Origin: Octopus bimaculoides | Taxonomy: Eukaryota | Direction of reading: 5' to 3' | Length of the DNA stretch: 37,177 bases | Assembly (NCBI RefSeq): GCF_001194135.2 | Contig: NC_068994.1 | Span: 48,429,191 to 48,466,367 of the forward strand | Shown here: positions 9,224 through 21,407 of the stretch, in pieces | How the letters are laid out: each line of letters opens with the position of its first letter | Position numbering within the stretch: the stretch's first letter is position 1 | Program-made: the position numbers and the translations under genes | The notes under the pieces: generated by a model | The model's input: only the letters and a program-made list of their open reading frames with translations | Databases searched by the model: none | What the model was told of the DNA's origin: nothing

Positions 9224-11079
9224 AAGCTCCTTGTAATATTAATGGGAAAGTATCTTTTTTGCTAAACTATATTTCAATAAGAAAATGTCTTGTCAATTAT
9301 GTGCATCATTGTCTTATGAATGCATTTCTTCTAACCTGAAGTTATTTAACAGATACTCTGAGTTGATCCCTGTGTGTTGAGATATAACTTTTAGAACCCT
9401 GAAATATTCTAAACCAATGTTGATACCAAGAGATGATTTATAAATCCTTTAATGCACTGTATATCCATGTGAACTAGTACTATCTTTCACGGTGTGTCTG
9501 AGATCACACTATTAAATCATAACTTTCTACTCCTAGCTTTCCATTATTGGAGAAGGAAAATGGATATAAAATGACTACTTAAACTTTAACAATCCATGTA
9601 ACCCACCCAAATCTGTACACTATTACTATAATTCTTTGCTATTAAATTCTAACTAAATATTGGTTTCTGTTGGGAATATAAAACTATTCCTTCTTACAAA
9701 TTTGGAAGATCTATAAGTGTGAATTTTCCAGCACTTCTCTTTCTAGTCACTTGATAAAATGATTATGTTGTATTTGATATTTTCTCCTACCTAAATCTTC
9801 TTAACTGACAGCCTGAGCTAATTTCTATCTGTAGACACAACACTTTCACTACTTATAAAATATGTTATGAGTGGTTGTTATTTTCCAATAGGTAATTTAC
9901 ACATTCTTTACTGTAGTGTATAGATGACTGTAAACTTTCATCATATGCCATCTACATTAAACCAAAGGTCACCTTATAAACTAATAGATGTTGGAGGGAA
10001 AAAAATGATTATCTTATAATTACTTAAACATTAACACCTAACACAGTCTCCAAACCAATTACCAATTACAGTACCACTACAAATTCTTACTGCTTTTTAC
10101 TCTGGCTAAATATATCTCAGCATATTTGGTTTCTGTTAGAAGTATATTACTTTTCCTTCTTCCAACAATGTCTCCCCACCAAGTCTATAAATAATATCTT
10201 TCATGCACTTCCATCTTTCTTGCCCCATGTGTTGATTTGACTATACCCTAAATAATATTTTCTTTTCCACTTAGCACTTCCACTATAACTTTAACAAGCA
10301 AGTCCATGAACACCCATAAATTCCTAGAATTAGAATAATGAATCATTTTTTAAAGTCCTTGTTATAACTTATCTTACATCAGTCTTAACCAGAAACAGTA
10401 TAATCACATAACTTCCTATAATAGTTCATGACACATTGTTGCATTGCTACAGAGTTAAATTTCTATTTTCAGCTTAGATATTTGATTAATTTTGTCTTCT
10501 CTATTAGGTTTATATAGAGGTTATTTTCTTTTCTTACACTTCTGTCAATCCTTAATATTTTCCTATTATTATTTGTCAATTTTGTTTAGAACTTAATGAT
10601 AACCTAGTGATACTAAATTAGTTAATGATAACTTAGTTATCATTACTAGAACTTAGTTAATGATAACTTAGTGATACTAATGTAACTTAGTGATATTACA
10701 CTTTAGTTATAAAACGACATACACCCATTAAGGCTGAGTGGGTATAGAAGCAAATTAGAAGCATCAAATATATTAAATATATTAAGTACACCAAATACAA
10801 AATATGTATACCAGTATACAATCAAAACAAAAGGTGGATACTTTCAGATGGTGATTGATGAATTTGAAATCAATATTATGCTAAACAATTTAGTTATTAT
10901 AGCATCTAGAGAGAGCATGTGGTTATGACAACTGAAGCACTACAGTTTAGACTCACTTGGGTTTCAGTTTTGATGCATTTAGGTTCTCTACTTCTCTGTT
11001 TATACCCACCTCTTCTCCTCCATCTCTCATCCCACTCTTCCCCAATCCTCCCACTTTCTCCCCTTCTCTCTTTCTCTTT

Positions 11080-11745
11080 TTCCCCCAGATGTGTGGCAGC
11101 ATGACATCACCCTCATTGACACACCCCAAAACCATCACAGTCTTGGGGAACTTGATTTTCATGACATGTGGGATATCACATGGATTGTAGGCAAGCCACC
11201 TGTTGTGCAATTGGTCCTTACAGACATTCTTTTAATCTGAAAAGAACCAAATCACTCCTGGCTCAACAGGACACATCAGCTTGATCAAAAGCTTCTTTGC
11301 CTTTGTCAAGTGGTTCTCCTTGGCTTTGGCTGTCACAATTTGTCCCTTGCATCTCTTGTATGAGTGGTAGTGAAGGTCCTCATTCAGGGCCAGTTTCATG
11401 GTGGTGACACCAATTCCCATCTCTCTTACCAAAGCCTGGATTCCCTTGCTCAGATTTTGCATCTCCATGTCCTGCAATTATTGGATGAGTTGTGGCATAC
11501 AGATGCAGTCAGAATGCCTACTGTGTCCCTTCCTGTTGGCCACAGCTTCATAGTTTCTGTTGCAGCTCTCCATGCCATGTCTTACAGCCTTTACAGAGTT
11601 CACAGAGCATTGAGCAGCAGTTATGATGTTGGCAATTTGATATTTTGATACCTGGTGTAAATCATCATGACACACGTAACTCTTTTCCAACATTCAGATG
11701 GCTTCCAGTCCTCTACGTGAACTAACTTTTTCTCAACTATAGCTT
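11080..11745 (-). mobile_element. Degraded Tc1/mariner transposase (N-terminal domain to first catalytic Asp; maT/DD37D-like)
   Basis: Adjacent minus ORFs join as ...KAKKLLIKL...IWFFSD*KNVCKDQLHNRWLA...KFPKTVMVLGCVNEGDVMLPH. Subfamily call is tentative. Confidence 0.75.
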
Positions 11746-11849
11746 TAATCATTAAGCTCGCCAATGCTGTTGACGGCTCCCCAATATGTTAAGCTGTTCC
11801 TGAAAAAAAGAAAAGACATAAAATATCATCACATTTAGCCCAAACACAC

Positions 11850-11921
11850 TGTATATATGCATATAAATGTGTATACATGTATATATATATATGTATACAT
11901 GTATGCATATACATCTATGCA

Positions 11922-11954
<33 letters not shown>

Positions 11955-12095
11955 GCATATATATGTGGGTATATACATGTATATACATGTGCATATATAT
12001 GTGTATATATATGTATAAGTGCATATAACAGTGTATATATTCATGTATATATGTGTATGTATGTGTATACACACAGACACACACACACACACACT
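11850..12095. repeat. Compound (TA)/(TG)/(CA) microsatellite
   Basis: Directly visible; source of several spurious ORFs. Confidence 0.9.
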
Positions 12096-12547
12096 CTTTT
12101 CTTTTCATTCCTTGTTATCATTGTCTCGTTTCACTTTGACCCACTTCTATACTAGGAAGAGCCATCAAGTGTCACAGCTACAAATCCTTCCCTCCTGTAC
12201 AGTAAATGAGGTTGACTGTTTAATTATTCAATTATTCATTGTCTTCAATTGTCATGAAAGGTCAGGTCACAAACGGTATTTATTGTTGGATTATAATAAT
12301 AATAATAATAATAGTAATAATAATAATAAAAGAAATCATTATTGTTGTTGTGTCCATGAGAGACCTGGATTTTGTATTCATTTATGTAACATTTCTGACT
12401 GTAATACCTCAAAGTGGTTTCTTCTTTGTTGTATTTTGCCTTTTATGGAATATAGTTTGCAAGTGTGGGGGTGTTACCTGTCCAACTTGACATAACTACT
12501 CCTTTGTTGTTCAACTATGTGTATGTGTATGTATGCATATATATATA

Positions 12548-12653
<106 letters not shown>

Positions 12654-12944
12654 CTGTCTGTCTATGCGTTTGTGTGCTGGGTTACTATCATCATTTATTG
12701 GCCAGTTTTTCATGCCTGCATGTGTCAGACAGAATTTACTAAGGCAGATTGCCTAAGGCTTGGATGCTCTTTCTGTCACCAACCCTCACCTGTTTCCAAG
12801 CTAGAAGGTAATATTTTCTCATAGTCAGACCTGGTTTGCATGGAAGACTGGAAACAAGCAACCTCACTTGTACAATGATAATGCTCATTTACAACCATCA
12901 CATGATGTCTAGATAAGGGTACACATACACACATACACACACTC

Positions 12945-13110
12945 ACGACAGGCTTCTTTCAGTTTCTCTCTCCCAAATCCACCTACAAAGCTTTTGTTGG
13001 CCTGAGGCTACACTAGAAGACACTTGCCCAAGATGCTGTGCCATCAGATTGAACCCAATACCACATGGTTGGGAAGAAAGCTTCTTAACCACATACCCAT
13101 ACCTGTGCCT
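12945..13110 (-). mobile_element. Family B SINE head
   Basis: Matches 23720-23868. Confidence 0.8.
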
Positions 13111-13285
13111 ATATATTTGTGTTTGTGTGTGTGTGTGTGTGTGAATAAAAATTCATTTATTTGTTTTACATCAGTGTTTCCCAAGCTTTCATGTGTTGGA
13201 TGAATATGCTAGTTATACAAGACCCTGTTTTGCAGCTGGATGCTAAACCTGACACTAACCTTGCAATGAAATGGGAGTGGATCTG

Positions 13286-14265
13286 TTGACTAATCTAGGC
13301 TGTTTTTTTTTGTAAGTTTCTTCATCATTTGATCCAGTTGGCTGCTGTATACTTCAGCCGTGATTGATGAGCCAGGTTTAATGAAATCATAATGGATCAC
13401 ACATGCGCCAGACCACCAAACACACACCATCAGATTCTTTTGATGAATTTTGCTTTTTGGACTGTGTTTTAGTGGCTCTTCTTTGTTCAACCATTGTACT
13501 GAACATTTATGGTTGTTGCATTGGATCCATTTCTCATCACGTTACAATTCGATTAAAAAATGATTAATTTTTGTGACGAGAAAGTAGCATAATGCAGGCT
13601 TCCAAACGTTGCTGTTTCTGATTTTCATTGAGTTTGTAGTAACGCCGTGCGCATGCGTAGTCTCACACATGCGTGGAATTCAACAACCAAGCTTTCCCGC
13701 TTTGATCGATCTCTTTCTTGCTGGCCAGCGATTGAGCAAGAACGTGTCTAGCTGTCTCTCCATCTTTCGAACTCACGCTAGACAGCTCACATCAATATAC
13801 CAACGTCCCAACAACCATGTTCTCACACACCGAAGACGTCTCAACAAACAAGATTAAAGATGTATATTTTCCACCTTGAATAAATGTTGTTTGTGTTGAT
13901 AATTTGGAGTTCAGCGTTCCGTTCAATTCCTAATTTAATATAGGAAAGTCAGGTGTACATCTAATGATGTATAACCCACTTTCCTATAAAGTGGTGACCC
14001 CGACGTGATTCAGACACGCAGCCCGCTGAGCTACAATAACAACTATTTCTATATAACTGATAACCAACATTCCTATAAGTTCATGTGGAACCCACTTATC
14101 CAACTTTTCCACTTTACCAATTTGAACCAGGTGAGTCAATACTGTTTGCTCGTTAACACCAAACAACAACAATAATGAGAGGGATCTGACTCGACGGTGG
14201 CTTTCAGGTCATCATTATCCCCCTTTGTTTCTGGTCGACCGCGTTGCTCATTTGTTAACAGAAGA
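13286..14265 (-). mobile_element. Mariner transposase relic (Hsmar1/cecropia-like), split by an LTR-type insertion
   Basis: Minus strand: RGRPETK.DNDDLKATVESDP...HLVQIGKVEKLDKWVPHEL|NENQKQQRLEAC...RIVT.DEKWI...WLNKEE...KNLMVCVWWSGACVIHYDFIKPGSSITAEVY. Confidence 0.9.
13635..14077 (+). mobile_element. Internally deleted LTR retrotransposon (354-bp LTR, tRNA-Trp PBS, LTR terminal remnant) with 4-bp TSD AGTT
   Basis: Starts TGTAGTAA. The LTR end TTCCTATA occurs at 13988 and again at 14077. PBS TGGTGACCCCGACGTGAT at 13992-14009. AGTT at 13631-13634 and 14078-14081. Confidence 0.85.
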
Positions 14266-14614
14266 GACCGACAACACTAACCAGACTATCACTGTCGTAC
14301 AAACAATTGCCAATGTAAACAAATATACAGACACACATGCATTCTAGCATACACGCATGTACGTATAAACATACCTGTTCATATATACCTCAACACACAT
14401 ATACACAACATTCTTCCTTCTTTTAGTTTCCGTCTACCAAATCCACTTATAAGGCTTTGGTCAGTCTGGGACTAAGCCTAAACTGCCCATCATCCTCATT
14501 ATCATTAATTTAATGATCACTCTTCTATGGTGCAATGGGTTGTCAGACTTTTCCTTGAAACTTGAATATTAGCATGAAGCCCATTTCTGGTACAGCATTC
14601 GCTCTGAAAGATGT

Positions 14615-14646
<32 letters not shown>

Positions 14647-14661
14647 CATACATGCACACAT

Positions 14662-14825
14662 AATGAGTTTCTTTCAGTTTCTATCTACCAAATCCACTCA
14701 CAAGGCTTTGGTTGGCTCGAGGCTATAGTAAAAGACACTTGCTCAAGGTGCTATGCAGTGGGACTGAACTTGGAACCATGTGGTTGGGAAACAAGCTTCT
14801 TAGCATACAGCCACACCTATGCCTA
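14662..14825 (-). mobile_element. Family B SINE head
   Basis: Matches other family B copies and follows a (TA)/(CA) tract. Confidence 0.8.
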
Positions 14826-14846
14826 TGATAGTGATTTTGAAACTAG

Positions 14847-15270
14847 TGTTAAAATACATGCCAGAATGTCTTTATTAGTTTTTGAAGACAGTTATTGAGT
14901 CAAACACAATAGTGATAAGATGTTTGATGTAGTTATAGGCTCATATGATGCATCTGAAGTTTGTGAGCTTGTTGGCTTATACAGGGTGGTCATAGATTGT
15001 CTTTACAACTTTCATAAATTTATTGTATCTCTATTAAAGTTACAATATCCATAGATGTATTGTGTGCAATCAATGACACCCTCATGAAAATGTTCTGATG
15101 TTTCTAATGAAACTTTATTTGTTTGTCTATGTTTTCCAATAAACTTTTCTGAGTTATTTTTATTTCTGATTTTTTTTTTCAAATTGTAAAGGTAATTTAT
15201 GAACACTCTATATTTTAGACTCACTTCAGAGGAAGTTCAGTTTCATAGATATTGGCTTTTAGAGTGATGG
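14847..15270 (+). mobile_element. Penelope-like element reverse transcriptase fragment, interrupted by a MITE
   Basis: [41 protein letters not shown], then after the MITE a degraded ILDSL...DIGF*SDG. This resembles the Penelope RT segment [22 protein letters not shown]...DIGLYRDDG. Confidence 0.7.
14982..15210. mobile_element. Tc1/mariner-type MITE (229 bp) with TA duplication
   Basis: Left CAGGGTGGTCATAGATTGTCTTTACAAC versus reverse-complemented right TAGAGTGTTCATAAATTACCTTTACAAT. TA at 14980-14981 and 15211-15212. Confidence 0.75.
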
Positions 15271-15953
15271 TGCTGTCGACAACTACAATGACAACAATGA
15301 CGGCGATGATGGTCCATTAATTTCCCCGCCATTATTAGCTTTGATAGATTTACGAACAATCTAATTAATGTCAGTCAAAGTTTTAACTTTAAAATTACAA
15401 AAAGTGCTAATATTAGTGTTGTTAATTTTTTTAGATACACTACAAATTTTTTTAGTTAATACATTTCCTTTAGAAAGTCAAATAAAATATATAAATAAAA
15501 AAAAGCCTGCCAGAAACTACTGACATCCACCCACCTTATGCCAATCACTCCCTTTTACATTCTCCCATAGAGTGTGCCATCTGTTATTGTATTGTGCGAT
15601 TTCTTAAATTTTTATTTGTTCCCAATTTGTTTCATTGTTTTGTTTTCTTGAAATTAATGTCTCACACCATTATTAGGTCAAATGAAGTTTATCCAATGTG
15701 AATGTATTGATTAACTTGCTCAACACTTAACTATCACCATTTGTTTTTTTGTTATTTTCTTTTTTTCCTCACAATATGGCGTGCAAATATGGATCAGTGT
15801 AAAGCAAACATCAATATTATAGCATTCTAGGGTTTCTTTTTTTATGTTTTAGTTGCTGTTTAATGTTAAATCATTTCTAACAAAGAAGACTTGTGATGAA
15901 ATGTGTTCCAGCTGTGGCCATCCTATCCCATTGTTTTTTGTAAACCTATCCAA

Positions 15954-16400
15954 TGTGCTGGTGCCATGTAAAAAGCACCTGTGCTGGTGCCACGTAGAAG
16001 GTACCCATGTTGGTGCTGTGTAAAAAGCACCGATGCCACATAAAGGCACCTCTGCTAGTGTCACATATAAATCACCTGTGCCTCGTAAGAGCACCCATGT
16101 TGGTACTATGTATAAAGCACCATGCTGATGCCATTGCTGTGTATAAAGTACCTATGCCAGTGCTGCCTATAAAGTGTGCCAGTGTGACATATAAAACACC
16201 TGTGCCGGTGCCACATATGAAGCACCTGTGCTGATGCCACGTGTAAAGTGGCTGGCATTAGGAAGTTCATCCAGCTGTAGAAACCATGCCAAAAAAAAAG
16301 GCAATTTGAACCTGGGCAGCACTCCGGTTGGCCATCTCCTGTCAAATCGCTCAACCCATGCTAGCATGGAGAACAGATATTAGATGATGATGATGATGAG
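15954..16400 (+). mobile_element. Family C repeat preceded by an internal minisatellite of about 26 bp (about 11-12 degenerate units, 15954-16248)
   Basis: Units like TGTGCTGGTGCCACGTAAAAAGCACC. The same motif occurs once in the 7585 and 22405 copies. Confidence 0.8.
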
Positions 16401-16640
16401 ATGAGGATGGTCTAACCTTCCCTCTTTAATTTTATCAGTTACATTTTAGTCAAAAGGAGTTGTGATAGGATGCTTAGGACACAGTCTTTTCAAACTCTTC
16501 CTTTCATGCTAGTAACATTGATGCAGTTGATGTTGGGCTTGAATTTCTGTTGGTTGATGTGGGTCATATGAGACATTGTGGGAGTCTCTACACAGTCACT
16601 GTGATCAGCTAGAGATAGCAGCTAAATCTCCTTGAAATTA

Positions 16641-16840
16641 TTGGGTTGGTGCATAATTATTGCGGCTTTTTTTCGACAAATTTTATTCAACAAAAACATC
16701 TTTAAATGATTATTCCGGAGCATATTCACCATCTACTTCAATTACTGCTTCCCATTTGCTTGGCAGACGGTCAGACCGTCATTTAAAGATGTTTTTGTTA
16801 CATGTTATTGTTTTTGTTGAATAAAATTTGTTGAAAATTA
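16641..16840 (-). mobile_element. Mariner 3' end with TIR and a fold-back duplication
   Basis: TA|TTGGGTTGGTGCATAATTATTGCGG is an Hsmar-like TIR. Minus strand reads RLPSKWEAVIEVDGEYAPE*. 16779-16837 is an inverted copy of 16671-16709. Confidence 0.8.
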
Positions 16841-17430
16841 ATGTGGATAAACAATAGCAGCAATGTCAGCAGAGGTTGGGAAGTATTGAAGTATTTTGTG
16901 AAGGACTGTGAGAGATAAGGCACAATAGGGATGACGGATGTTGGTGACATAGGTGAATTGGATAAGTGTAGTTTTTGAGAAGGTACACAGCTTGTTGGTT
17001 ATATATTTTATATTGAATCTGTTGAAAATAATGTCACAGTTATAGGTTTACCAAGAGACAAACCACTGGATCAATGTATTTCTTATGGTGAGATTGATAA
17101 GGGAGGGCTCTGTAGCTTGAGTGGAACAAACTACTTTCTCACGAATGCTTACATACTTTGTTAATATACACAAGGAAAACTCCCTCTTATATCACCCCCC
17201 CCCCCACACACACATGTGAACGTACACATAGGGAGTCTTGTTCAGTAATAATTTTGTCAGTGTGTTTGTGTGTGTGTGTGTGTGTATCTTGGACTTGCTC
17301 ACAAAGTATTGGTCAATTCAAAGCTATGTCAGAAGTAAAATGTGCAAGGTGCTGCACAGTTGGATGGAACCCAGGATCAGGTAATTGTGAAACAAACTCC
17401 TTAACCTCACAGCCATGCCTATTCAGTGGA

Positions 17431-17483
17431 GCAAGAATTGTTTTAGCAAGAATTGTTTTAGCAAGAATTGTTTTAGCAAGAAT
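17431..17483. repeat. 15-bp tandem repeat GCAAGAATTGTTTTA x3.5
   Basis: Three exact units plus a partial. Confidence 0.9.
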
Positions 17484-19026
17484 GCAAGGGACTGATTGAG
17501 GATACAACATGTAGATGTGCTAATTGTTGATGTTGTAGTCCATTGTTGAGTGAAGGGAAGGTGTGGATGGCATTTAATTTGTTTTGATTTGGAAATGTCA
17601 TTCAGTTCCAGTTCTTTGCTAACTTAACAGATCTCTGATCAAAGGCATTCCAGTGATCATCATCCTATCCTTCTCTTAGACACTTCACAAGTAGGACTAT
17701 ATTATCCAATGCAATTTTCTCTCAAGACAGTAGCGTGTAGGATTTAGAGGATTTGCTTGCTATTTCTAGCTTGTCAGGCAACCACAAAGAGGTTGCTATG
17801 TTGGCTTGGCAGTATAGATAATTGAGCAATAGGTTAGATTTGTAACAGCTGTTCAGAACTCTGGTAAAATTTTTATGAGGCAAGGTTTCCATGTTTGTGG
17901 CTTAAGTTTCAAATGGGTGTCGAAGCCAGTTCAACTTTCTGTACACTGTTCCTATACTCAGAGAAAAGCTTTAACATTATCTCATCTAATTCCACCTTTT
18001 GAACATGAAATGATGTTACCATATACTATAAGTCATTTAGCCTACTAATGGCATATCTTTTCTGCCGCTCCACCACTTTGCATATCACATGGTATATTCT
18101 TATCAATATTAGAGACAATAGTCAGCTGTGTAACAAGCCTGGAACTACACCAATCTATGGTTGAATCGATAACAGTTGTGAATTGGCAGAATCAATAGAG
18201 AATTGCATAATGTTCTTTGCAGTATTTAGTTATGTTGTTTTTACATTCTTTGTTAAAATCCTGCCAATTCAACTTTGCTTTTTAATAGAGTGCACCTGAA
18301 CTCAGTATACAATAAGCTTGTTATTATAACATGTCACATGATATAGTCCCATCAATGTTAGAGACAGCTGTGCAACCTGCTTTGAGGGAGAAATGTTTTT
18401 TCCTCTTTTTGTTATTTAGTCTGAGCAATCTAGATGGTGCCATAAACCTTTGCTGAGCTTTCACAGACTCATGAAGCCAATGTTGTTGATGTTCAGGTTG
18501 ATGTTTGAATGGAATAACTTCCAGAGGATTGGAGTAATGTTTGGTGAAAATAAAAAAAGTATTTGGTGTGGAGTGTGTCTGGTTGATGTGAAACATGCAA
18601 GGACATAGGCTTAGAAACAGGGGGTGCGAGCATGGCTGCAGTCCAATGACTGAAACAAGTAAAAGATAAAAGATAATTTAGACATGATTACTGTGAGGTT
18701 TAGGTGTTGGGCTACTGATCAAATGGTTGCAAGTTCAATTCTTTCTTCTATCATTATGTTTTACTCCTGAGCAAGTAACCTAATTCTATTTACTCCAGAT
18801 TGCATTGTCAAGGTCATTGAAGAGTTTTCATTCCTATTTCACAATTATATGTTTAGTGGTAGGAAGCTTGTCCAACTGTAAAACTGTTCTTGTAACAAAT
18901 AACCAATTCCATTCATTTAATCATAAAACAGATTTAAAACACACACAAAAAAAACAACATATTACCGAATTTTTCTTAGCTTCAGTTAGCTCTCACTTTC
19001 ATGTACATTATAGACCATATTATACG

Positions 19027-19241
19027 GTTTGAAATTTTGGTACAAGACCAGCATTTTCGGGTGGGAAGAATAAGTCAATAACATTGACCCCAGTGCTCAA
19101 CTGGTACTTATTTCATCAACCCTGAAAGGAGGAAAAGCAACATTGACTGTAGCAGAACTTGAACTCAGAACGTAAAGATGAACAAAATGTTGCCAAGCAT
19201 TTTGTCTAGCATACCAACAATTCTTCTAGCTCACCATCTTA
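19027..19241 (-). mobile_element. SINE-like family A, full length, CpG-decayed
   Basis: Aligns with the 9010 copy. Confidence 0.8.
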
Positions 19242-19264
19242 AATACTCATATTATATCCCAGCC

Positions 19265-19470
19265 AATGAAGCACCCCTGTGTGATCACTAAATTTACTAG
19301 AAATAATAGCCAAATTTCCACCAGTTTGTTAATTAAGGAAGGACATGTTCAGTAATGTAGTCATAGATACACTGCCTGAGGGAAAATAAAGACAGGAACG
19401 TCATGGGTGGAATGCTACAGATCAGAAATGTACTTGATCAAAATTGATCTGGGATTGAATAATAACCAAT
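19265..19470 (+). repeat. Dispersed repeat family D (related segments at about 16590-16640 + and 17610-17800 -)
   Basis: Shared ctagaaata..agc.aaat.tcc and aatg....gatca motifs. Confidence 0.5.
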
Positions 19471-19739
19471 ATTAGGCGACACAATGAGAATAACAATAAC
19501 GACAACAGTATCATCCCAAGAGGCAGGAAGAGATATCATTGAAGCTAAAGAAAAGGTTACAACAACAGGATTCTCCCAAGATCAATAATAATTTGTTTGC
19601 AGATCAAATTAGTTAAGCAATCTAGTTCTTTTAATATTGTTGTGTCTAGGCTGAGTCATTACTGAATTTTTCTTAGCTTTAGTAAGCTTTCACTTTCCAA
19701 CACATTCCAGAGTATATTGTATGGTTTCTTTTAACATTT

Positions 19740-20185
19740 CAATGAAATATATATTTTTTTACCTTAATCTCAGTGTACTGTTTCCACTAAAATGTCTATA
19801 TTTTTAGTTTCCACTTACAGGTCCCACTAGTGTTTTTTAAGTAAAACATCTAAAGCTTACTTTTAAATCACACTGGTATTGTTAGTATTTTCCATGAAAT
19901 GTCTACATTTTACATCAGTTCAACAGATTCCTGTAGTATTTTCAATTGAATGTCCCTCCTTTATTGAATGTCTTTTCTTCAACTAGTTATTTAATGAAAT
20001 GTTGATATTTTACCTCAGTCTCACCCATCCCTCTAGATTTTTTAATAAAATGTCTAAATTTTGACTTTTATCTCATAGGAATGTTTTGTGTTTTGAATGA
20101 ATTGTGTCTGTATTTTACACCAATCCATTTGTAAAGTTCAATAAAATGTCTATATATTTTACTTTAATGTCACAAGTCCTTTACT
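19740..20185. repeat. Degenerate minisatellite of about 50 bp
   Basis: Recurrent anchor aatRaaatgtctatatttt about every 50 bp, roughly 8-9 times. Confidence 0.6.
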
Positions 20186-20218
20186 GCTTTCAAAAAAAAT
20201 ATCTTCATCATACTTTAA

Positions 20219-20437
20219 CCATTTTGATATTTACCCGCATGAAACTGCACCTGGTTCTATGAAACAAACAAACTATTTAAAATGATCTAAATCAAAACTT
20301 TCCTTTGAAATTTCATGTTATTTTCTGTTTCTCATCAGTTTAATAATGAGAAAGTTATTTTATTATTATGTCGTTATTTTCAAAATTAATTAAAATAAAG
20401 GTAGTGTATTTTGAACAGAAATATGGTAGCAAAAGGG
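20219..20437. mobile_element. TTAA-flanked MITE, 219 bp
   Basis: TTAA|CCATTTTGATA ... GGTAGCAAAAGGG|TTAA (degenerate TIR). Confidence 0.6.
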
Positions 20438-20496
20438 TTAATCTCAAAAATTTTTTTTTTGTTTTAATATTTTAAAATTAAATATTCCGATAAGTA

Positions 20497-20887
20497 GAGG
20501 CTTTGCTCTGTGGTAAGAAGTTTGTTTCCCAACCGCATGGTTCTGGGTTCAGTCCCACCATGTGGCACCTTGGGCATTTGTCTTCTACTAGAGCCTCAGG
20601 CTGACCAAACCTTTGTGAGTGGATTTTGTAGATGGAAACTGAAAGAAGCCGATCGTGTGTGTGTGTGTGTGTGTGTGTGCAGGTGTCTTTGTATCTGTGT
20701 TTGTCCCCCACCGCTGCTTGTTTCTGTTTACATACCTGTAATTTAGTGGTTTGGCAAAAGACACTGACAGACTAAGTACCTAGCTTAAAAAGTACTGGTG
20801 CGGGGCGATTTGTTCAACGAAAATTCTTCAAGGCAGTACTCCAGCATGGTCTCAGTCTAATGACTAAAACAAGTAAAAAATAAAAGG
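20497..20887 (+). mobile_element. Family B SINE, full length, with A/B-box-like head and internal (TG)n
   Basis: Head ...tgtggtaagaag...gggttcagtccc; body ggcaccttgggca; tail ccagcatgg..cagtc.aatgact.aaacaagtaaaa. Confidence 0.85.
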
Positions 20888-21340
20888 TAAAAAATCTATT
20901 CTATTCAAACAGATTCCTTTTAGCGTTACTCTCAAACCAACAACGCTATTTAATTGTTCAGGTTATTTTTTCTCTCCAATATAATGTCTCTACTTACTTC
21001 TGGCCTATCCTAGTTCACCCAATAATGCAGCAGTGACCTAAATTATAGCACCTCAACACTAGATTTTCCTCTTATCTGGATGTAATCCTTTTCTTAAAAA
21101 TTACCTTTGGCTTTTGTGTAGATAACAAGTCAACACCTCGTGTCTTTCCATATTGTGTCCTCATTTCAAGTTTTAATATTAGTTTAACTATTTAATACAT
21201 ATATTACGCATAGTGTGCGTATGTAGGGAGGGGGGCAATGACTTTAACATGTTGGTCTGCAAAATGTGTCTTGTAACTTTTACACCATGTACACCCTGCA
21301 CATACACATACACATATACATGCATACATACATATATATG

Positions 21341-21407
<67 letters not shown>

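Noticed and set aside
9500-10400. Highly degraded RTE-like RT segments on the minus strand (KTDVR*G, WVFMD)
   Set aside because: Motif matches are too short and broken to annotate with confidence by eye.
13992-14023. tRNA-Trp gene on the minus strand
   Set aside because: Only the 3' part matches, it includes the post-transcriptional CCA, and it follows an LTR end, so it is a primer-binding site.
15954-16248. Regular 26-bp repeats as a CRISPR array
   Set aside because: Units are directly adjacent with no unique spacers, the motif derives from family C, the context is eukaryotic, and there are no cas genes.
20497-20580. tRNA genes at family B heads
   Set aside because: A/B-box-like motifs run into the SINE body in many diverged copies; no complete cloverleaf is evident.
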